A DNA stretch of 64,000 bases, taken from Longimicrobiales bacterium. Its GTDB lineage: Bacteria; Gemmatimonadota; Gemmatimonadetes; Longimicrobiales; Gaopeijiaceae. Location of the stretch: positions 1,120,001 to 1,184,000 of the forward strand of contig CBDCNQ010000005.1 in assembly GCA_965219445.1 (NCBI GenBank), written 5' to 3'. Position 1 is the stretch's first letter, and each line of letters begins with the position of its first letter. The notes under the pieces are model-generated. The model was not told the origin of the DNA. It was given only the letters and a program-made list of their open reading frames with translations, and searched no databases. The position numbers and the translations under genes were made by a program. Positions 21,342 to 31,992 of this stretch are shown here, in pieces.

Positions 21342-22556
21342 TTATTCGTACCGAAGCGCGTCGATCGGATCCAACTTTGCAGCGCGCTGCGCCGGCAGGA
21401 TCCCGAAGAACAGCCCAATAGCCCCTGAAAACAGAACCGCCGCAAGCACGACTTCCGGCGCGATGGCCGTGTCCCACCCCTGCACGCGCTCGAGCACTTC
21501 CGCGCCCCCGAACCCCGCAGCCACACCCAGGATGCCTCCCATCACACACAGCACCAGAGCCTCGATCAAGAACTGGAAGAGGATCGCCTTGCGCGTCGCC
21601 CCGAGGGCCTTCCGCACGCCGATCTCTCGCGTCCGCTCCGTCACGCTCACGAGCATGATGTTCATGATCCCGATACCACCGACGAGTAGGCTGATCCCGG
21701 CGATTCCGGCAAGCAGGTAGGTGAAGGTCTGTGCGGTCGCATTGAACGTCTCGACCAGATCACTGGAGTTGCGAATTTGGAAATCCACATTCTCGCCCGG
21801 CCGGATGCGGTGCTCGCGCCGCATGATGCGATCGATCTCGCCGTACGCCTGGTCCATCGCATCCGTCGAGGGTACTTGAGCGAAGATCGAGGAGAGGCGG
21901 CTACGGCCCCCGAACACTCTGTATTGTGCGGTGCTCGTGGGGACGTACACCACCTCGTCGGGGCGATTGAATCCGGCGTCGCCCTTCTCCTCCAGGACAC
22001 CGAGGACCTCGAACGGCTGGCCCCGGATCTGAATGGTCTTGCCGACAAGGAGGGCAGCAGGCGTCTCGAGCTCCTCGGGCACGGAGTAACCGAGCACGGC
22101 CACCCGGCGTCGCCCCTGCACATGTCCCTGGTCAAAGATCTCCCCGTGCTCGACGTTGAGGTTGTACATCCCGAAGTACTCAGGCCAGACGCCCCGTACT
22201 TGGTTGTTGGAGTTCCAACGGAGGTATGAGAGCTGGACCCTCGAGCTGATTTCGGGCGAGACCGTCAGCAGACCGCCCGACTCGCTTCGGAGTGCCTCGG
22301 CGTCGGCCACCTCCAGGTCCTCCGTATCTACTGTCGAGACCCCGCCGGAGCGCCGCCGTTGAGCCCGGATCGTCAGGACGTTGGTGCCCATACGCGAGAT
22401 CTGGTCCTCGACGTTGCGCTGCGCGCCCTCGCCCAGCGCCACCATGGCGATCACAGCGGCGACGCCGATGATGATTCCGAGCGTCGTGAGAAAAGACCGC
22501 AACGCGTTGGCACGAATGGCGCCGAGGGCCACCAAAACGATTTCGCGAATCAGCAT
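21342..22556 (-). CDS. MacB/FtsX-family ABC permease
   Basis: RSFLTTLGIIIG, VGGIGIMNIMLVSVTERTREIG, DPIDALRYE. Confidence 0.92.
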   Translation of the reverse strand: MLIREIVLVALGAIRANALRSFLTTLGIIIGVAAVIAMVALGEGAQRNVEDQISRMGTNVLTIRAQRRRSGGVSTVDTEDLEVADAEALRSESGGLLTVSPEISSRVQLSYLRWNSNNQVRGVWPEYFGMYNLNVEHGEIFDQGHVQGRRRVAVLGYSVPEELETPAALLVGKTIQIRGQPFEVLGVLEEKGDAGFNRPDEVVYVPTSTAQYRVFGGRSRLSSIFAQVPSTDAMDQAYGEIDRIMRREHRIRPGENVDFQIRNSSDLVETFNATAQTFTYLLAGIAGISLLVGGIGIMNIMLVSVTERTREIGVRKALGATRKAILFQFLIEALVLCVMGGILGVAAGFGGAEVLERVQGWDTAIAPEVVLAAVLFSGAIGLFFGILPAQRAAKLDPIDALRYE

Positions 22557-22562
22557 TACGGC

Positions 22563-24002
22563 CTACCGGAATCTCCTGATCCCGCTCGGTCCGCCGCCGC
22601 CGAACGGGTTTGAGTTGTTCGAGCGAATCCGGTCGAGGAATTCGTCCTGCTGGGCTCTCAACTGAGCAGCTCCGACGATCGCGATCAGCTCGCCCTCCTC
22701 AAGGCCACTCACGACCTCGGTGACGTCCCAGTCGTTGAGCCCGATCATCACCGCCCGGGGTTCGATCATCCCGTCCTCGGCCATGACGAAGACCACGGCA
22801 CGGCGCGCCTGTCTCTGCCGATCCACGACCTCTTGTTCACCCTGCCCTGTCTGGGCCCCTCGCCCAAAATCTCCGGTACCGCGGAAACCACCAGGTCCAG
22901 CCGACCCCCTTCCCTCCCCGAATTCACGGCCTCCTGGGGCACCACCCCCCTGTGCGTCCCTTCGAGCGCCGGCCGGACGTCCGCCGGGAGTGCCCGCCCC
23001 GCCGCGGCCACCTCCACGGCCCAACCCCGCAAGGAGAGCACGCGTGTCGATCGCCTCGGGGTCGAGCCCGAGCACCATCGCCGCCGGCTGCGCGTCTTGC
23101 GGCGTTACCACCGCGTTGTTCGGGATCAGGAGCACCCCAGGCGCCTGGGCAAGCTCGATCTCGACCTCGGCGTTCATCCCGGGGCGAAGCAGCCCCGAAC
23201 TGTTGTCGAGCTGCACGATCACAGGGAACATCGTGACGTTCTGCTGCACGACCGCCTGGGGCTCGATCTTCTCCACGACCCCGACGAAACGCCGTTCGGG
23301 ATAGGCCTCCACGGTGACGCTTGTCCGCATTTCCGGTCGGATCTCACCCATGTCGGTCTCATCCACGAGGGTCCGCACCTGCATGGACTCGAGGTTTGCC
23401 ATGATCACCAGCGTGGTTCCGCCCGAGACGTTTTGGGATGCCGACTGGATGACCTGACCCTCCTCGACGTTCTTCTCGAGGACGGTACCCGCCAGTGGCG
23501 CTCGGATGATCACGTCGTCCAAGCGGAGCTGCGCCAACTCGTGGTTGGTCTCGGCCTTGACCAGCGTCGCCCGGGAATTGGCAAAGTCCAGATTCCTGCT
23601 CTCGTGCTCTTGAGTGGAGATGACGCCCGATCGCAACAACTGTTCGGAACGCTCCAGTTGGGCCTGAGAGATCTCCAACCTGGCTCGCGCGACCTCCAAG
23701 TCCGCCTCCGCCTGGTCGAACGCGTTCCGGACGTCCCGAGGATCGACCTCGGCGAGGAGCGCGCCGGGTTCCACCTCGTCGCCAACGTCGACGTAAAGCC
23801 GAAGGACCTCCCCCGATGCTTTGGACGTGACCTCCACCGTGCGGATGGGCTCCACATTACCGGTGGCCTCCGCGGTAATCATAAGATTCCCGCGCGTGAC
23901 GGCGGCGGTCTGGAGCGACGGCGCCTCGTCTGCCTCACTGGTTCCACAAGCCACGACGACGGGAGTCAATATGGCAGCACCCCACGATCTCATCCGCCTC
24001 AT
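22563..24002 (-). CDS. MacA-like periplasmic adaptor (membrane fusion) lipoprotein
   Basis: Lipobox [20 protein letters not shown], Gly-rich insert. Confidence 0.88.
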   Translation of the reverse strand: MRRMRSWGAAILTPVVVACGTSEADEAPSLQTAAVTRGNLMITAEATGNVEPIRTVEVTSKASGEVLRLYVDVGDEVEPGALLAEVDPRDVRNAFDQAEADLEVARARLEISQAQLERSEQLLRSGVISTQEHESRNLDFANSRATLVKAETNHELAQLRLDDVIIRAPLAGTVLEKNVEEGQVIQSASQNVSGGTTLVIMANLESMQVRTLVDETDMGEIRPEMRTSVTVEAYPERRFVGVVEKIEPQAVVQQNVTMFPVIVQLDNSSGLLRPGMNAEVEIELAQAPGVLLIPNNAVVTPQDAQPAAMVLGLDPEAIDTRALLAGLGRGGGRGGAGTPGGRPAGARRDAQGGGAPGGREFGEGRGSAGPGGFRGTGDFGRGAQTGQGEQEVVDRQRQARRAVVFVMAEDGMIEPRAVMIGLNDWDVTEVVSGLEEGELIAIVGAAQLRAQQDEFLDRIRSNNSNPFGGGGPSGIRRFR

Positions 24003-24706
24003 ATGCGCGCCTCTACGTGTGACGTCTGGAAATCCTTTGCGATCAGACCGTCGTGCAGGTGGACCTGTCGCCGTGAGTGCTCGGCAACGTGCCGCTCGTG
24101 CGTGACCAGCACGATGGTCTGGCCCTTGCCGTTCAACTCGACAAAAATGCTCATGATCTCCTCGCCCGTCACCGAGTCGAGGTTTCCCGTGGGCTCGTCC
24201 GCGAGGAGAAGCGCGGGATCGTTGGCCAGAGCCCTGGCGACGGCAACACGTTGTCTCTGTCCTCCGGACAGTTCCGGTGGGCGGTGGTCCATTCGGTCGG
24301 AGAGTCCCACCAACTCTAGCTTACCCTCGGCCCGCTCCTTCCGTTCTTTGGCACCAATCCCCGCATAGATGAGCGGGAGCTCCACATTATGGAGCGCGGT
24401 AGCGCGGGGAAGAAGGTTGAAGGTCTGAAAGACGAACCCGATCTCGCGGTTCCGAATGCGCGCGAGTTCGTCGTCACTCAGTTCGCTGACTCGCTCACCG
24501 TTCAGCCAATAGTCTCCCTCCGTCGGCGTATCCAGGCACCCGATCAGGTTCATGAAGGTGGACTTCCCACTCCCGGACGGACCCATGACGGCCACGAACT
24601 CTCCGGGACGAATCTCCAGGTCGACGTCACGCAGCGCGCGTATGGTCTCGGCGCCGAGGACATAGTCCTTACCAAGCCCTCGAGTCCGAATGATCAAATC
24701 GCTCAC
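23999..24706 (-). CDS. MacB/LolD-type ABC ATP-binding protein
   Basis: [26 protein letters not shown]. Confidence 0.93.
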   Translation of the reverse strand: MSDLIIRTRGLGKDYVLGAETIRALRDVDLEIRPGEFVAVMGPSGSGKSTFMNLIGCLDTPTEGDYWLNGERVSELSDDELARIRNREIGFVFQTFNLLPRATALHNVELPLIYAGIGAKERKERAEGKLELVGLSDRMDHRPPELSGGQRQRVAVARALANDPALLLADEPTGNLDSVTGEEIMSIFVELNGKGQTIVLVTHERHVAEHSRRQVHLHDGLIAKDFQTSHVEARI

Positions 24707-24785
24707 GGATCCCTCCCTAGGATTGCCTCGAGCTGGGTGTAGCCGCTGCTCAGATTCGTGCTAGGAATCTGGGCGGTCAAAAGCC

Positions 24786-25202
24786 CTATTTGTTTGAGTT
24801 GCGACGCCGTTCAGCGCGCCTCGCGTCGCGCTCCGCAAGCAATACTTCGTACCTCCTACGTTGATCGTCGGTGAGCACCTGCTTGATTTCCTCTCGCAGA
24901 TCAGCGATTACGGCCCGGTACCGCGGCTGGAACTCCTTGTCCAACTCAGACATACGCTGCCGGTGGAATACTACGAGCGAGTCGACGTCGACCTTTTGGA
25001 CGGCGCTGAGACCGACGTTGTCGACGATCAGCCGGCGGCGACCCCGCTCCCTTCCGGACTGCCTATCCGCACGGACTTCCCCGGGCGGGCTCGCACTGGC
25101 CGTCTGGTCCCATGCGAGCCCGACGACGATACCGCTTCCGAAGAGGAGAACCAATGCGATCCCGGCAACCATCTTCGCTCTCAAGGCGCTTGGCCTAATC
25201 AT
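24786..25202 (-). CDS. Spy/CpxP-like periplasmic helical protein
   Basis: N-terminal TM, LSAVQ and VLTDDQ (LTxxQ-like) motifs; in ECF sigma operon. Confidence 0.6.
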   Translation of the reverse strand: MIRPSALRAKMVAGIALVLLFGSGIVVGLAWDQTASASPPGEVRADRQSGRERGRRRLIVDNVGLSAVQKVDVDSLVVFHRQRMSELDKEFQPRYRAVIADLREEIKQVLTDDQRRRYEVLLAERDARRAERRRNSNK

Positions 25203-25606
25203 CAGAACGTCACCTCGACCAACAGGAAGGGATCATCCACTTCGGACTGATCCATCAACTGTGGCAGGGAGCGGTCTTCGAGCTCCACCGTGAGTGCCTC
25301 CTCGATGTCCCATTCAGGGGTCGTCCGGCCTCGCAGAAAAAGCACACTCGCTATCGCCGCCGCGATCGCCGCGGCACGAATGACCGTTCGGGACCACGAC
25401 TGAAGGAAGTCGGAGACCCCCGCCTCCGCCACGAGACGTCGCCTCGATAATTCATCGTCCGCCCGTGCCATCACCAAAGACCGGAACCGGGACCAGTATC
25501 CAGGATCATCGAGTCCCGGGTCGAGGATAGCCAGGCGGTGGTCCGGTCCCGGGGCGCCATCGCTCCCTTGCGGGCCGAAGCGCCCCCTCGGCGCGTCGCT
25601 CATCAT
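25202..25606 (-). CDS. Putative anti-sigma factor
   Basis: Single TM protein translationally coupled to an ECF sigma. Confidence 0.55.
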   Translation of the reverse strand: MMSDAPRGRFGPQGSDGAPGPDHRLAILDPGLDDPGYWSRFRSLVMARADDELSRRRLVAEAGVSDFLQSWSRTVIRAAAIAAAIASVLFLRGRTTPEWDIEEALTVELEDRSLPQLMDQSEVDDPFLLVEVTF

Positions 25607-26196
25607 GCTGTTCTCCCTACTCTCCGTAAGTTTTCACTTTCGGCGGCGACGTGTGCCAGATCCGAGTCCCGCCGTAAGGACTTTCTTGCAAAGTGGAGGT
25701 GCGATCGGACCGTCCCCGAAGGGATTCCAAGGTGCTCCGAAATCTCGCGATGCCTCCAACCCTCGAGATCGTGAAGGAGCACGATCTCCCTTTGGACCTC
25801 CGAAAGCCGCCGGAGCGCGTCTCTCAGCCGTTCCTGAAGTTCTACATGCTCCGCCGCCTTGTCCGGTGTCCGGCTCCGGGTGGCAGCCGTCTCAGGTACG
25901 GCATCCGTATCTCGTAGAACCTCACGACGCACCAAGTTGCGAGCGCGGTTTCGTACGATGGTCATAAGCCAACCGGCGAATCGGGCGGGAATCCTGCAAT
26001 CATCGAGTCGCTCGAGGGCGACCATGAACCCCTCCTGTGTAGCGTCCTCGGCATCGTCATGGCGACCCGTGACCGACAGGCTGACCGCATAGGCAGCACG
26101 CATGTATCGGCCCACGAGAGTCCCAAGGGCCTCACCATCACCGGCCTGTGCTCTCCGGACCAATAGCTCGTCCGACACACTCTCCGTTTCACCCAT
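25603..26196 (-). CDS. ECF RNA polymerase sigma factor
   Basis: DAEDATQE, FAGWLMTIVRN, LHDLEG..EISEHLGIPSGTVRSHL. Confidence 0.9.
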   Translation of the reverse strand: MGETESVSDELLVRRAQAGDGEALGTLVGRYMRAAYAVSLSVTGRHDDAEDATQEGFMVALERLDDCRIPARFAGWLMTIVRNRARNLVRREVLRDTDAVPETAATRSRTPDKAAEHVELQERLRDALRRLSEVQREIVLLHDLEGWRHREISEHLGIPSGTVRSHLHFARKSLRRDSDLAHVAAESENLRRVGRTA

Positions 26197-26240
26197 TAGA
26201 CACCCCTGCCGCCCTCCGTGTTGAGCGTCTTTCGCTCTTG

Positions 26241-26819
26241 CTACTCCTGAGACGCCTCATCCACTCGTTCCGTTAGGGGAGCGACCGATCTTGCCTTGGC
26301 GAGGAGCTCGGACAATAGGAGTTCCGGCAGTTCTTCCAGAGATCTCCCCGCTGTGAGTATGTCCCCGCAAGCCACAGAGGGGTCGGCTGCGGTGTAAAAA
26401 GACAGGTGCATCATCGGAGCCCCCGAATCGATGGCCAAGCCCGTTGATGTCTGGCCACAAAGACGAACGATCCACTCGCACCCGTCGTACTCGAAACTCC
26501 GATGTGGAAGCTCCGTGAGGGGGGTGGGCTTCAATTGGGGCCTCTGGGGTTCCTCACGGCCCGACGTGACCCGGTTTCTGTCGGGTCGGTTGTTTCGACC
26601 AGCCTTCCTTCTGCGAGATGGGCCCTTCCCGCGAGGGCCCGCTGGACGCTCACGTTGACCGCGGAGACCCGGGGCCTTCGACGTGGGCAGGCTGCCCGGC
26701 GCGTCCGACTTTGGAGCGGAGCGCGGTGCGGGCTCCCCTACGACCTCCCTGATCGGGATCGGCTTGGGTTTGCCTTTTACGTCTTTGTTGAGGTCATTCT
26801 GGTCCATGTGCGCGTCCAT
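26241..26819 (-). CDS. Hypothetical protein (disordered N-terminus, globular C-terminus)
   Basis: Co-oriented ORF upstream of the sigma gene; no motif recognised. Confidence 0.5.
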   Translation of the reverse strand: MDAHMDQNDLNKDVKGKPKPIPIREVVGEPAPRSAPKSDAPGSLPTSKAPGLRGQRERPAGPRGKGPSRRRKAGRNNRPDRNRVTSGREEPQRPQLKPTPLTELPHRSFEYDGCEWIVRLCGQTSTGLAIDSGAPMMHLSFYTAADPSVACGDILTAGRSLEELPELLLSELLAKARSVAPLTERVDEASQE

Positions 26820-26991
26820 CTGGGTTGACGAGGAAAATGGTGATACTCTTCCGGGCTCGCTATGGTGCGCAACGGTTTCGTCGTTGCGGATGGGCGATTT
26901 TTCTTTGTTGGCTGACGACAGCGCCAGGTTTTAGCTTTCAAGGGGACGTATGGGGAATCTCACCAGCCGATGCCGGCGATAAGACACGGGC

Positions 26992-27468
26992 ATGACCGAA
27001 GGCACCGTAAATACCAGTGGTGCGAAGCACGAATACGGCCAACTGCTTCATTTGCACACGCGCTTGCTGAGCCAGCTCCGGGAGATTCGTGATCATCTGA
27101 TCGCCCCTGGCACCCTCGAGATCCTTGCCGCGATTCGGCGTCGCACCGGAGCGGATCCCGATTCTGCCCTGTCCGAGATCACTACTGCGGTCGAACAGGC
27201 CATTCGCGCGTTGAAGCTGAGTGAGGGGCAGATCCGCGATGAGGTCATGGAAGATTACGAGCAAGCTGAAGTCGACGGCATCGGTAACCTACCGGCCACG
27301 CTGGCCCGCTTCCTCGCCGAACGCATGGAAATGCCCGGTTTCACCTACGAGGTGATCCACGACGAGAACCGCGGCTGGATCATCTTGTGGAAGGAATACA
27401 CCCAAACGGGCTCGGTTCGTGGCTCCGGCCAGTTCTACGAGCGCCCCTACGCCTGGATCGACGAGTAA
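26992..27468 (+). CDS. Conserved hypothetical protein
   Basis: Protein-like composition, fills the intergenic space. Confidence 0.7.
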   Translation: MTEGTVNTSGAKHEYGQLLHLHTRLLSQLREIRDHLIAPGTLEILAAIRRRTGADPDSALSEITTAVEQAIRALKLSEGQIRDEVMEDYEQAEVDGIGNLPATLARFLAERMEMPGFTYEVIHDENRGWIILWKEYTQTGSVRGSGQFYERPYAWIDE

Positions 27469-27514
27469 CACCCCGAATCGTCCCGGGCGAAGCGGCGACC
27501 GACGGCTCCACGGC

Positions 27515-28096
27515 CTACTTGCGCGAAGCCCCCCGAGATCTCACGACTCCCCCCTGCAGGGTCGACAACGCCTCGGCTCCGTAGAACATCTTGATGTACC
27601 GAGCTTGCGTCGGTGTGACCCGCCGGACCGTCCACACCAACCGGACATAGTTCGGCTCTCGCGGCTCGGTCAGGAGCCTCATACCGGCCTCCACAGGTAA
27701 ACGATCTCCCTTCCGGTTGTTACACGGGGAACATGACGAAACCAGATTTTGCCAAGAGTTGTCTCCACCCCGGGACAGCGGACGGATATGGTCGCGCGTG
27801 AGGAACTGCCGGCCCCTGAGTTCCCCACGATGACGGCCACAGTACTGGCATTTGTACTCGTCTCTGGCAAACAGGAAAGTGTTCGTGACCTGGCGGCGGA
27901 AGCGACGCGGTACATGGACGAAGCGCACGAGCCGGATCACCGTCGGGAACGGTAGTTCGGTCGTCGGGGATCGGAACGCCCGTGCCTTATCCACCTCGAG
28001 GATCTCGGCCTTTTGGTCGAGAACCAAACGAATGGCACGCCGAGCCGGAATAATGGTCAGCGGCTCGAAAGACGCATTCAAGGCCAGGCAGCCCAT
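27515..28096 (-). CDS. HNH endonuclease (McrA-like)
   Basis: LNASFEPL, RD..CQYCG, DHIRPLSRGG, CSPCNNRKG; GGAGG upstream. Confidence 0.9.
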   Translation of the reverse strand: MGCLALNASFEPLTIIPARRAIRLVLDQKAEILEVDKARAFRSPTTELPFPTVIRLVRFVHVPRRFRRQVTNTFLFARDEYKCQYCGRHRGELRGRQFLTRDHIRPLSRGGDNSWQNLVSSCSPCNNRKGDRLPVEAGMRLLTEPREPNYVRLVWTVRRVTPTQARYIKMFYGAEALSTLQGGVVRSRGASRK

Positions 28097-28241
28097 AACT
28101 AGAACATCCTCCCTGCCAACGGTACTTTTTGGAGCCCTCGAGACCCACTCGACCGGGGACGCAAGCGTCGCCGGCCAGTTCCCAGAATCACCCACCTTTT
28201 TCTTGTACCGCACAAACCTAATGAGGCTCCCCAGGGCTCCG

Positions 28242-30692
28242 CTACAGGAGAGCGCTCGGATCTCGGTCGATCGTGACACGGACGTCCGTGCCACGCGTCC
28301 GGAAATCCGACTGAAGCCGCCTTGCGGCAACACCTAGGGCCTTAACCGACGGGCTCCGAAGGAGAAAGTGCCAGCGCCACCGCCCGTGGAGCCGCTCGAT
28401 CGGTGAGGGGGCGGGGCCGATCAGATCAACCGGAGTCCCAGAAACCACGTGTGTGCGCAGCCAGCCCGCCGCGGCCTCGGCGTTGCCCGCGGCGTCTTTG
28501 GTTATGGGGCTGCTGACGACCACGTTAACGAGTCGAACCAGAGGTGGATACGCCGGGTGCCTGCGCTCGTTCAATTCCCGGGTGGCGAAGGCCACATAAT
28601 CATGCGCAAGCGCGGCTTGGATCGCATAGTGCTCCGGGAGCGCCGTCTGGATCAGCACCTCGCCTCCGAGTTCCCCCCTTCCCGCTCGACCGGCAACCTG
28701 GCTCAGCAGTTGAAACGTACGCTCCGTGGCACGGAAATCAGGCAGGTGAATGCCCACATCCGCATTCACGACACCCACCAGCGTCACGCCTGGGAAGTCG
28801 AGGCCCTTGGCGATCATCTGGGTGCCGAGAAGGATGTCCACTTCCCCACGCTCGACACGGCCGAGGATCTCATGGTGCGACCATTTCCCCGACGTGGTGT
28901 CCACATCCATGCGCGCCAACCGGGCCTTGGGGAGTGTCTCCGCCACGACCCGCTCGACCTGCTCCGTCCCGAGCCCTCGAAACGATAGATCCGTCGAGCC
29001 ACACCGCTGGCAACGCTCCGGCGCCGCCTGCTCGTGGCGGCAGTGGTGGCAGACGAGGCGACTCTTACCCCGATGATAGGTCAAGGAGATCGAGCAGGCG
29101 GGGCAGATTTCGACGTCGCCGCACTCGCGGCATTGCACGAATGGGGAGTACCCCCTCCGGTTCAACAGCAGGATCGTCTGTTCGCCACGGCGGAGGCGGT
29201 CCTGCATGGCCTCGACGAGCGGAGCGGTAAGCACCAACCCCGCCTCGCTCCGGGCACCGTCCTTCTCTTTGCTCTTCTTCCGCGCTTCCCGCAAGTCGAC
29301 CAACCGCACGGGAGGCAACGTCCCTCCGCCGACCCGGTCCGGGAGAGAGGCAAGCCGGAACTTGCCACGCGCCACATTGTGCCAGCTTTCGAGGGCAGGC
29401 GTGGCGCTGCCGAGAACGCACAGCGCGCGCTCTTGGGCACTCCGAACGACCGCCATGTCCCGCGCCTGATACCGGGGCGATTCACTCTGCTTGTAGCTTC
29501 CATCGTGCTCTTCATCCACGACGATCACGCCCAAATCGGAGACCGGCGCGAACAGCGCGGAGCGAGCGCCCACCGCAATGCGGCGGCGGCCCGATTGAAG
29601 CTGCCTCCACGCGTCGAAGCGCTCCCCGTCCGACAGTGCAGAATGGAGGACCGCGACCTGGTCGCCGAAGCGAGCTCGGAAGCGGGCCACCGTCTGAGGG
29701 GTCAGGGAAATCTCAGGCACGAGCACGATCGCCCCTCTACCTCGAGCCAACACGTGGTTGAGAAGCTCGATATAGACCAGGGTCTTACCCGATCCGGTCA
29801 CTCCATGCAGGAGAAAGGGCTCGCCCGGGCCTGCGTCAAATGCGGAGGCAAGCGTTCGGATCACGTCGTCTTGCCGACCCGTCGGGTTGTGGGCTCGGTT
29901 CTCACTGAGGGGAATGCTGGCGAAGGGATCGCGCTCCACCTCACGGTCCTCGACGAGGGCCAACCCCTTCTCCTCCAAGCCGCGAATCACACCACGGCTG
30001 AAGCCAGCCTGGCCCGTCAGATGCGCCAGCTCCACCGTCCCTCCGGATACCGCCAGCGCCTGGTAAGCCTCCGCCTGCCGCCGTGCACGGCCCACCAACG
30101 CGTTCAGCTCCTCGATATCGTCAATCCACCGTGCGACGCGCACCACCCTGACCGTTTTGACGGGAGGCGGGCGAGGCGGGAGCGTTTCGACGCTGACCAA
30201 CCCGTCGGCGGCGAGCGTGCGGATCTCCGGCCATATCGAGCCCATCCGCAGGCCCCGCTTGAGCGCCCGGAGCGACTGAGATGTTCCGGGGGTCAGCGCC
30301 TCGACAAGGCACGCCTCCCTGGGCGACAATTTTTTCCGCGGCGCGTCGCAGAGTGTGATGACGTCACGGGAAGTGTCGGTGAGCACGGACGGCAGCATCG
30401 TCTTGAGCACAATCCCCAGCGAAGTGACGTAGTAGTCGGCCATCCACCGGGCCAGACGCAATTGCGACTCGCTCACCGAGGGCTCCGTGTCCATCACGGA
30501 GAGCACGGTCAGGATGCGCTTGATCCCCTCCTTCCCCCCTTGGCCGACGACGAAGCCGATGCGCTCGTGTCGTTGGAAGGGAACGAGAACCCGAGTCCCG
30601 GGCCGGAGAGGCTCGCCGTCCACGGCGTACGTAAAAGTCTGATCCAGCGGCAGCGGCAAGGCGACACGAACGTAGGACCTCGGGCCGTTCAT
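28242..30692 (-). CDS. priA: Primosomal protein N'
   Basis: GVTGSGKT, VPEISLTPQ, DEEHD, CxxC clusters, GTQMIAKGLDFP, QVAGRAGR. Confidence 0.96.
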   Translation of the reverse strand: MNGPRSYVRVALPLPLDQTFTYAVDGEPLRPGTRVLVPFQRHERIGFVVGQGGKEGIKRILTVLSVMDTEPSVSESQLRLARWMADYYVTSLGIVLKTMLPSVLTDTSRDVITLCDAPRKKLSPREACLVEALTPGTSQSLRALKRGLRMGSIWPEIRTLAADGLVSVETLPPRPPPVKTVRVVRVARWIDDIEELNALVGRARRQAEAYQALAVSGGTVELAHLTGQAGFSRGVIRGLEEKGLALVEDREVERDPFASIPLSENRAHNPTGRQDDVIRTLASAFDAGPGEPFLLHGVTGSGKTLVYIELLNHVLARGRGAIVLVPEISLTPQTVARFRARFGDQVAVLHSALSDGERFDAWRQLQSGRRRIAVGARSALFAPVSDLGVIVVDEEHDGSYKQSESPRYQARDMAVVRSAQERALCVLGSATPALESWHNVARGKFRLASLPDRVGGGTLPPVRLVDLREARKKSKEKDGARSEAGLVLTAPLVEAMQDRLRRGEQTILLLNRRGYSPFVQCRECGDVEICPACSISLTYHRGKSRLVCHHCRHEQAAPERCQRCGSTDLSFRGLGTEQVERVVAETLPKARLARMDVDTTSGKWSHHEILGRVERGEVDILLGTQMIAKGLDFPGVTLVGVVNADVGIHLPDFRATERTFQLLSQVAGRAGRGELGGEVLIQTALPEHYAIQAALAHDYVAFATRELNERRHPAYPPLVRLVNVVVSSPITKDAAGNAEAAAGWLRTHVVSGTPVDLIGPAPSPIERLHGRWRWHFLLRSPSVKALGVAARRLQSDFRTRGTDVRVTIDRDPSALL

Positions 30693-30798
30693 TCAGCCGA
30701 TACCGTCCGCTGCGCCCGAGACGCAACCCACTCCTTCAGCAGCCCTCGAGTGTGGTGTCCCAGAAGTTCGCGAGCCACCGAGAGTGGACAACGCATTA

Positions 30799-31992
30799 CT
30801 AACCCAGGAGGGGCAGAATCTCATCCTGGCGCTCCCGCGGCGTGACCTCCGGACCCCCCACCCCCCAATGCACGTTGATCTCGCTCCGCACACCGACGTC
30901 GCCTGGAATGTAAATGCCAGGCTCCACCGAAAAGCCCACACCGCGAACGAGCACACGATTGTCCCGCGTCTCGAGGTTGTCCAGGTTGGGTCCACTGCCG
31001 TGAAGCTCAATGTCCATGGAGTGTCCGGTCCGATGCACGAAAAACTCGCCGAAGTCGCAGTCCGAGATGAACCCGCGACACACGTCGTCAACCTCGTAGC
31101 CGCGTACCTCCCGGGCCTGCTCATGACAGGAACGCAAGAAATCGACACCGGCCTCGCGTGCTCCCCGAACCGTCTCCCAGATGGTCTGAAGCCGGTCCGG
31201 AACCGCGTCGGAGAGGATGCCCATCCATGTCTGGTCGGCGAACACACCCCCTTCGGTCGGTTTCCCCCACAGGTCGATCAGCAGAACTTCCCCGGCGGCA
31301 ATCGCGTCCCCCGCGTCACGCGCGTCGTAATGGGGATCTGCGGCGTTCGGTCCAATGGCCACATGTGAATCGGCGTCGACCGGTATCCCTCGGGCCGTCA
31401 GCTCGTCGCAAATCCATCCGCCCAGCTGGCCCTCGAGAAGCGGATCGCCACGCCGGGCATATTCTGCAGCACGCGTGAACGCATCCATGGCCACGGCCCG
31501 TACGGTCTCCGCGGAGACCCGATGCGCCTCCAGCTGCTCCTCCGACCAAACTGAGTGGAACGTGGACACCAGGTTCCCCGAACTCACCGGATCCACGCCG
31601 GACTCTCGGAGCAAGTCCAAGATTCCGGACGGCACACGGTCCAGGGTGGGAACACTCGAACGGGGAGAGACCTCCATGGCCAAACGCTTCCGGCCACCGA
31701 TCAGCTCCGAGAGCCGGCTCTCCATCTCGCGCCACCCCGAATAGTCGATGATTCCCCACGGCCAGTGCCGCCACGAGGAGTGCTCTATGGCGTGGATCAG
31801 CGTGACGGGATCTCCTTCGGACGGGATCAGCGTAAAGGAGCGGCGTGATGTCCAGCCAAGACCGAGCATGGCGGTCGCGATTGGGTTCTGGCCCCGGAAA
31901 TCGAAGAACAACCAGCCCTCCATCTCAGCTTCCCGCAGCGCAGACTGCACCCTGGCGACTTCAGCGGCATCACTCATAGGCGCGACGCTCAT
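30799..31992 (-). CDS. M24 family metallopeptidase
   Basis: ADPHY, LIDLW, ADQT, HRTGH, FSVEPGIY, GVRSE. Confidence 0.88.
   Translation of the reverse strand: MSVAPMSDAAEVARVQSALREAEMEGWLFFDFRGQNPIATAMLGLGWTSRRSFTLIPSEGDPVTLIHAIEHSSWRHWPWGIIDYSGWREMESRLSELIGGRKRLAMEVSPRSSVPTLDRVPSGILDLLRESGVDPVSSGNLVSTFHSVWSEEQLEAHRVSAETVRAVAMDAFTRAAEYARRGDPLLEGQLGGWICDELTARGIPVDADSHVAIGPNAADPHYDARDAGDAIAAGEVLLIDLWGKPTEGGVFADQTWMGILSDAVPDRLQTIWETVRGAREAGVDFLRSCHEQAREVRGYEVDDVCRGFISDCDFGEFFVHRTGHSMDIELHGSGPNLDNLETRDNRVLVRGVGFSVEPGIYIPGDVGVRSEINVHWGVGGPEVTPRERQDEILPLLG

Noticed and set aside
26825..26847. Sigma70 promoter TTGACG...GATACT
   Set aside because: Spacer is only 11 bp
27515..28241. RNA-guided HNH system (IscB/HEARO-like)
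   Set aside because: The protein is the common short LNASxEPL HNH family with no RuvC or PLMP motif, in a housekeeping context
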